DNA from: Fastidiosibacter lacustris
Lineage (GTDB): Bacteria; Pseudomonadota; Gammaproteobacteria; Francisellales; Francisellaceae
DNA: 32,000 bases
Direction of reading: 5' to 3'
Assembly (NCBI RefSeq): GCF_003428155.1
Contig: NZ_QLIR01000007.1
Span: 1 to 32,000, forward strand
Positions within the stretch are counted from its first letter, which is position 1. Every line of letters starts with the position of its first letter. Position numbers and translations under genes: made by a program. The notes below the pieces were generated by a model. That model made no database searches, had not been told where the DNA came from, and saw nothing but the letters and a program-made list of their open reading frames with translations. This document shows positions 28,192-32,000 of the stretch, piece by piece.

Positions 28192-29382
28192 ATGCACAAA
28201 ACCAAAATTACCTTACCTGCTTTAACACATGAAGAGCAACAACGCGTCAATGGGCTTTCGGCTTATATCACCAATTTGATAGAACATAATGACGGTCAAA
28301 TTAGTTTTAAGCAGTTTATGCAACAGGCATTATATGCACCTGGTTTGGGTTATTATACAGCAAATAAAGAGAAGTTAGGTGAAAAGGGGGATTTTATTAC
28401 AGCTCCTATGACGTCAAGGCTTTTTGGTCAAACTTTTGCCCTTCAGTTTGCAGATATCCTTAAAACTCTGGGTGATGAAACCGTTATTATAGAATTTGGT
28501 GCTGGTACTGGTCAGTTTGCGTTAGATTGTTTAGATAAATTGCATAAGCTCAATGCGCTACCAAAATCGTATTATATTATTGAACCTAGTCCAACTTTAA
28601 AAATTCAGCAACAACGGCTATTACAGCAATTGGGTGAATATTATCAGCATATCTTTTGGTTGTCAGCACTACCAAAAGAGAAACTCTCGGCAATCGTGTT
28701 TGCCAATGAGGTGTTGGATGCAATGCCAGTAGAATTATTTCGTTTTAATAACCATTGCTATATGCAAATGATGGTAACATATGAAAACAATCAATTTGCG
28801 TGGTGTGAAAATATCCAGATTGATGAGCACTTGGCTAAAGCATTACAAGCATTACCACTAACAAACTATGCGCTCAATGATATCATTTATCAGTCTGAAA
28901 TTAACCTTTGGATCGAACCGTGGTTGGCATCGGTGCAATCTGTTTTGAAGCAAGGTGTGGTATTTATTTGTGACTATGGTTATCAGAGACCACTTTATTA
29001 TAACGAAGCCAGGACAATCGGTACCTTGCAGTGTTATTACAAACATCACGTGCATGATAATCCACTTATTTATGTTGGTGTTCAAGATATTACTGCACAT
29101 GTTGATTTTACAGCACTAGCCGAAGCTGCACAAAGATTGGGGTTTGAGCTTGATGGGTTTTCAACACAAGGTGCTTTTCTAAGTAGTGCAGGAATTTTGT
29201 CTTGTTATCAATCTGAAATTAAAAGACTTAAGCAAGTAGAAGCATTAGCGCTTACACAACAATTAAACCAACTAACTTTAGGCACAGATTTAGCTGAAAA
29301 TTTTAAAGTAATGACCTTGTCATATCATTATGATCATGTTATTGATGCGTTTGATCATATTGACTTAAGTTATTTATTATAA
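28192..29382 (+). CDS. MidA/NDUFAF7-type SAM-dependent methyltransferase
   Basis: GDFITAPMTSRLFGQTFALQFADILKT, IIEFGAGTGQFALDCL, VFANEVLDAMPVELF, FICDYGYQRPLYY. Confidence 0.85.
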   Translation: MHKTKITLPALTHEEQQRVNGLSAYITNLIEHNDGQISFKQFMQQALYAPGLGYYTANKEKLGEKGDFITAPMTSRLFGQTFALQFADILKTLGDETVIIEFGAGTGQFALDCLDKLHKLNALPKSYYIIEPSPTLKIQQQRLLQQLGEYYQHIFWLSALPKEKLSAIVFANEVLDAMPVELFRFNNHCYMQMMVTYENNQFAWCENIQIDEHLAKALQALPLTNYALNDIIYQSEINLWIEPWLASVQSVLKQGVVFICDYGYQRPLYYNEARTIGTLQCYYKHHVHDNPLIYVGVQDITAHVDFTALAEAAQRLGFELDGFSTQGAFLSSAGILSCYQSEIKRLKQVEALALTQQLNQLTLGTDLAENFKVMTLSYHYDHVIDAFDHIDLSYLL

Positions 29383-29406
29383 AAATATGAAAATTGAGGA
29401 TAAAGA

Positions 29407-30801
29407 ATGTTTAAAGAAAGACTATTGATGTCTGAGCATATTTTTCGCGCGTATGATATTCGTGGAACTTATCCTGAAGATCTCAATGAAAATGTTGTAT
29501 TTAATATTGGTTTGGCTTTTGCTAAGCAAGCTTTAGCTCAGAATGAAAAAGAAGTCTTTATTGCACGTGATGGGCGTCTATCTGGACCTATATTGTTAAA
29601 GGCATTGGCAGAAGGCTTGCAAATAGGCGGGTGTGACGTTGTTGACATTGGTGCAGTACCAACTCCTGTGCTTTATTTTGCAGCCAAGACTAAAGGAAGT
29701 GGTACGGGAATTATGCTAACAGGGAGTCATAATCCAGCAAATTACAATGGGCTTAAGATGATGATTGCAGGTAATACATTGGCTCAGGATGACATTCAAG
29801 CCTTAAAAGGTATTATTTTCCAAGATGAAATCAGTAAAGTACCGCAAAAAGGTATTTATCAATGGCTTGATATTGAAGAAGCTTATATCGATTACATTGT
29901 TAATCAAGAGAAGTTACAAAGACCACTAAAAATCGTTATCGATGCGGGTAATGGAATTACAGGTAAGATTGCACCGAAATTATTCACGGCATTAGGTTGC
30001 AAAGTGATAACACTTTTTTGTGAGGTAGATGGGACGTTCCCTAATCATCATCCAGATCCAAGTAAGCCGCAAAATCTAATGGATTTAATTTATGCAGTTA
30101 AAGAACATCAAGCAGATGTCGGTCTTGCATTTGATGGCGATGGTGATCGTTTGGGTGTAATTACACCAAATGGTCAGAATATTTTTTCTGATCGCCAGCT
30201 TATGTTGTATGCCGAAGACGTGTTAAAACGTCACCCAAATGCTACAATTTTATTTGACGTAAAATGCAGTAAGAACGTAGCAAATTTTGTTGAGAAGCTA
30301 GGTGGTAAAGCAGTGATGTCTCAAACAGGACACGCTTTAATTAAAAAGAGAATGAAAGAAACAAATGCAGAGCTTGCAGGAGAAATGAGCGGTCATATAT
30401 TCTTTAATGATCGTTGGTTTGGTTTTGATGATGGCTTGTATACTGGGGTAAGGTTGTTAAATATCTTAGCTAGTAACATCAAAACACTTGATCAGATTTT
30501 TGCTACTATTCCTGAGAGTATCAGCACTCCTGAGATTAACATTGAAGTTCCAGAGATACATAAGTTTAAAGTAGTAGATGTGCTTTTAAGAGAGGCAACG
30601 ACAAAATTTAAAGATGAAAAAGTGATTACAATTGATGGCATACGTGTTGAATTTAACGATGGCTGGGGTTTGGTGCGTGCATCCAATACAACGCCATGTT
30701 TGGTGCTACGTTTTGAAGCGGATACAACCGAAGCACTTGAGCGAATTAAACAAAATTTTATGCAATGGGTGACTGTTATTGCCAATAGCATTATGCATTA
30801 A
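29407..30801 (+). CDS. Phosphomannomutase/phosphoglucomutase
   Basis: FRAYDIRGTYPEDLNE, TGIMLTGSHNPANYNG, LAFDGDGDRLGVI, GEMSGHIFFNDRWFGFDDGLY. The start may be the internal ATG of MSEHIFRAYDIRG. Confidence 0.92.
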   Translation: MFKERLLMSEHIFRAYDIRGTYPEDLNENVVFNIGLAFAKQALAQNEKEVFIARDGRLSGPILLKALAEGLQIGGCDVVDIGAVPTPVLYFAAKTKGSGTGIMLTGSHNPANYNGLKMMIAGNTLAQDDIQALKGIIFQDEISKVPQKGIYQWLDIEEAYIDYIVNQEKLQRPLKIVIDAGNGITGKIAPKLFTALGCKVITLFCEVDGTFPNHHPDPSKPQNLMDLIYAVKEHQADVGLAFDGDGDRLGVITPNGQNIFSDRQLMLYAEDVLKRHPNATILFDVKCSKNVANFVEKLGGKAVMSQTGHALIKKRMKETNAELAGEMSGHIFFNDRWFGFDDGLYTGVRLLNILASNIKTLDQIFATIPESISTPEINIEVPEIHKFKVVDVLLREATTKFKDEKVITIDGIRVEFNDGWGLVRASNTTPCLVLRFEADTTEALERIKQNFMQWVTVIANSIMH

Positions 30802-30920
30802 GAGTTTGTCATAAAATCCTCAAAATTCTCAGCGAAATTTTACTTGAAGGTGAAAAATTTGCATTTTGTTTGTCAAGGTCACTAAAAATCTTTAACATGC
30901 TACTGTAATTATCAACGTGA

Positions 30921-32000
<1,080 letters not shown>

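Noticed and set aside
28192-29382. Considered the SAM-dependent methyltransferase as a displaced ToxA equivalent
   Set aside because: Its motifs match the MidA/NDUFAF7 family (protein-arginine methyltransferase-like), it lies in the rlmN-pilW-rluB housekeeping block, and it is ~20 kb from the cluster. It does not support a ToxA role.

Overview
This is an AT-rich window, probably from a low-GC gammaproteobacterium (inference). It mixes conserved housekeeping blocks with two accessory biosynthetic-type loci. (1) Minus strand, ~846-9595: a GTP cyclohydrolase II (RibA/ToxB-like), a WD40 protein (ToxC-like), a RibD-like deaminase-reductase (ToxE-like), an FGE/SUMF1-fold protein (ToxD-like), a second beta-propeller protein and an MFS transporter. 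A LuxR-type regulator lies upstream. The gene content matches the toxoflavin (7-azapteridine) pathway toxBCDE plus a LuxR-type regulator, but no toxA methyltransferase is present, the gene order is B-C-E-D, a second WD40 gene is added, and the exporter is MFS. The RibD-like gene has an apparent 5' frameshift. (2) ~11319-14989: an FMN riboswitch followed by the housekeeping ribD-ribE-ribBA-ribH operon. (3) ~15039-23632: a degenerate ABC-F-like gene, an MFS transporter, then a minus-strand cassette of a sterol-desaturase-family gene interrupted by one in-frame TGA, MFS, APH-type kinase, two tandem ATP-grasp ligases and a GCS2-like ligase. This cassette is flanked by a perfect 31-nt direct repeat. 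(4) ~23703-32000: rlmN, pilW/pilF-like, a pseudo-alpha/beta-hydrolase/patatin fusion, rluB, a MidA-type methyltransferase, a phosphomannomutase and partial purA (absent from the ORF track). All family assignments are from motif recognition, with no database search.
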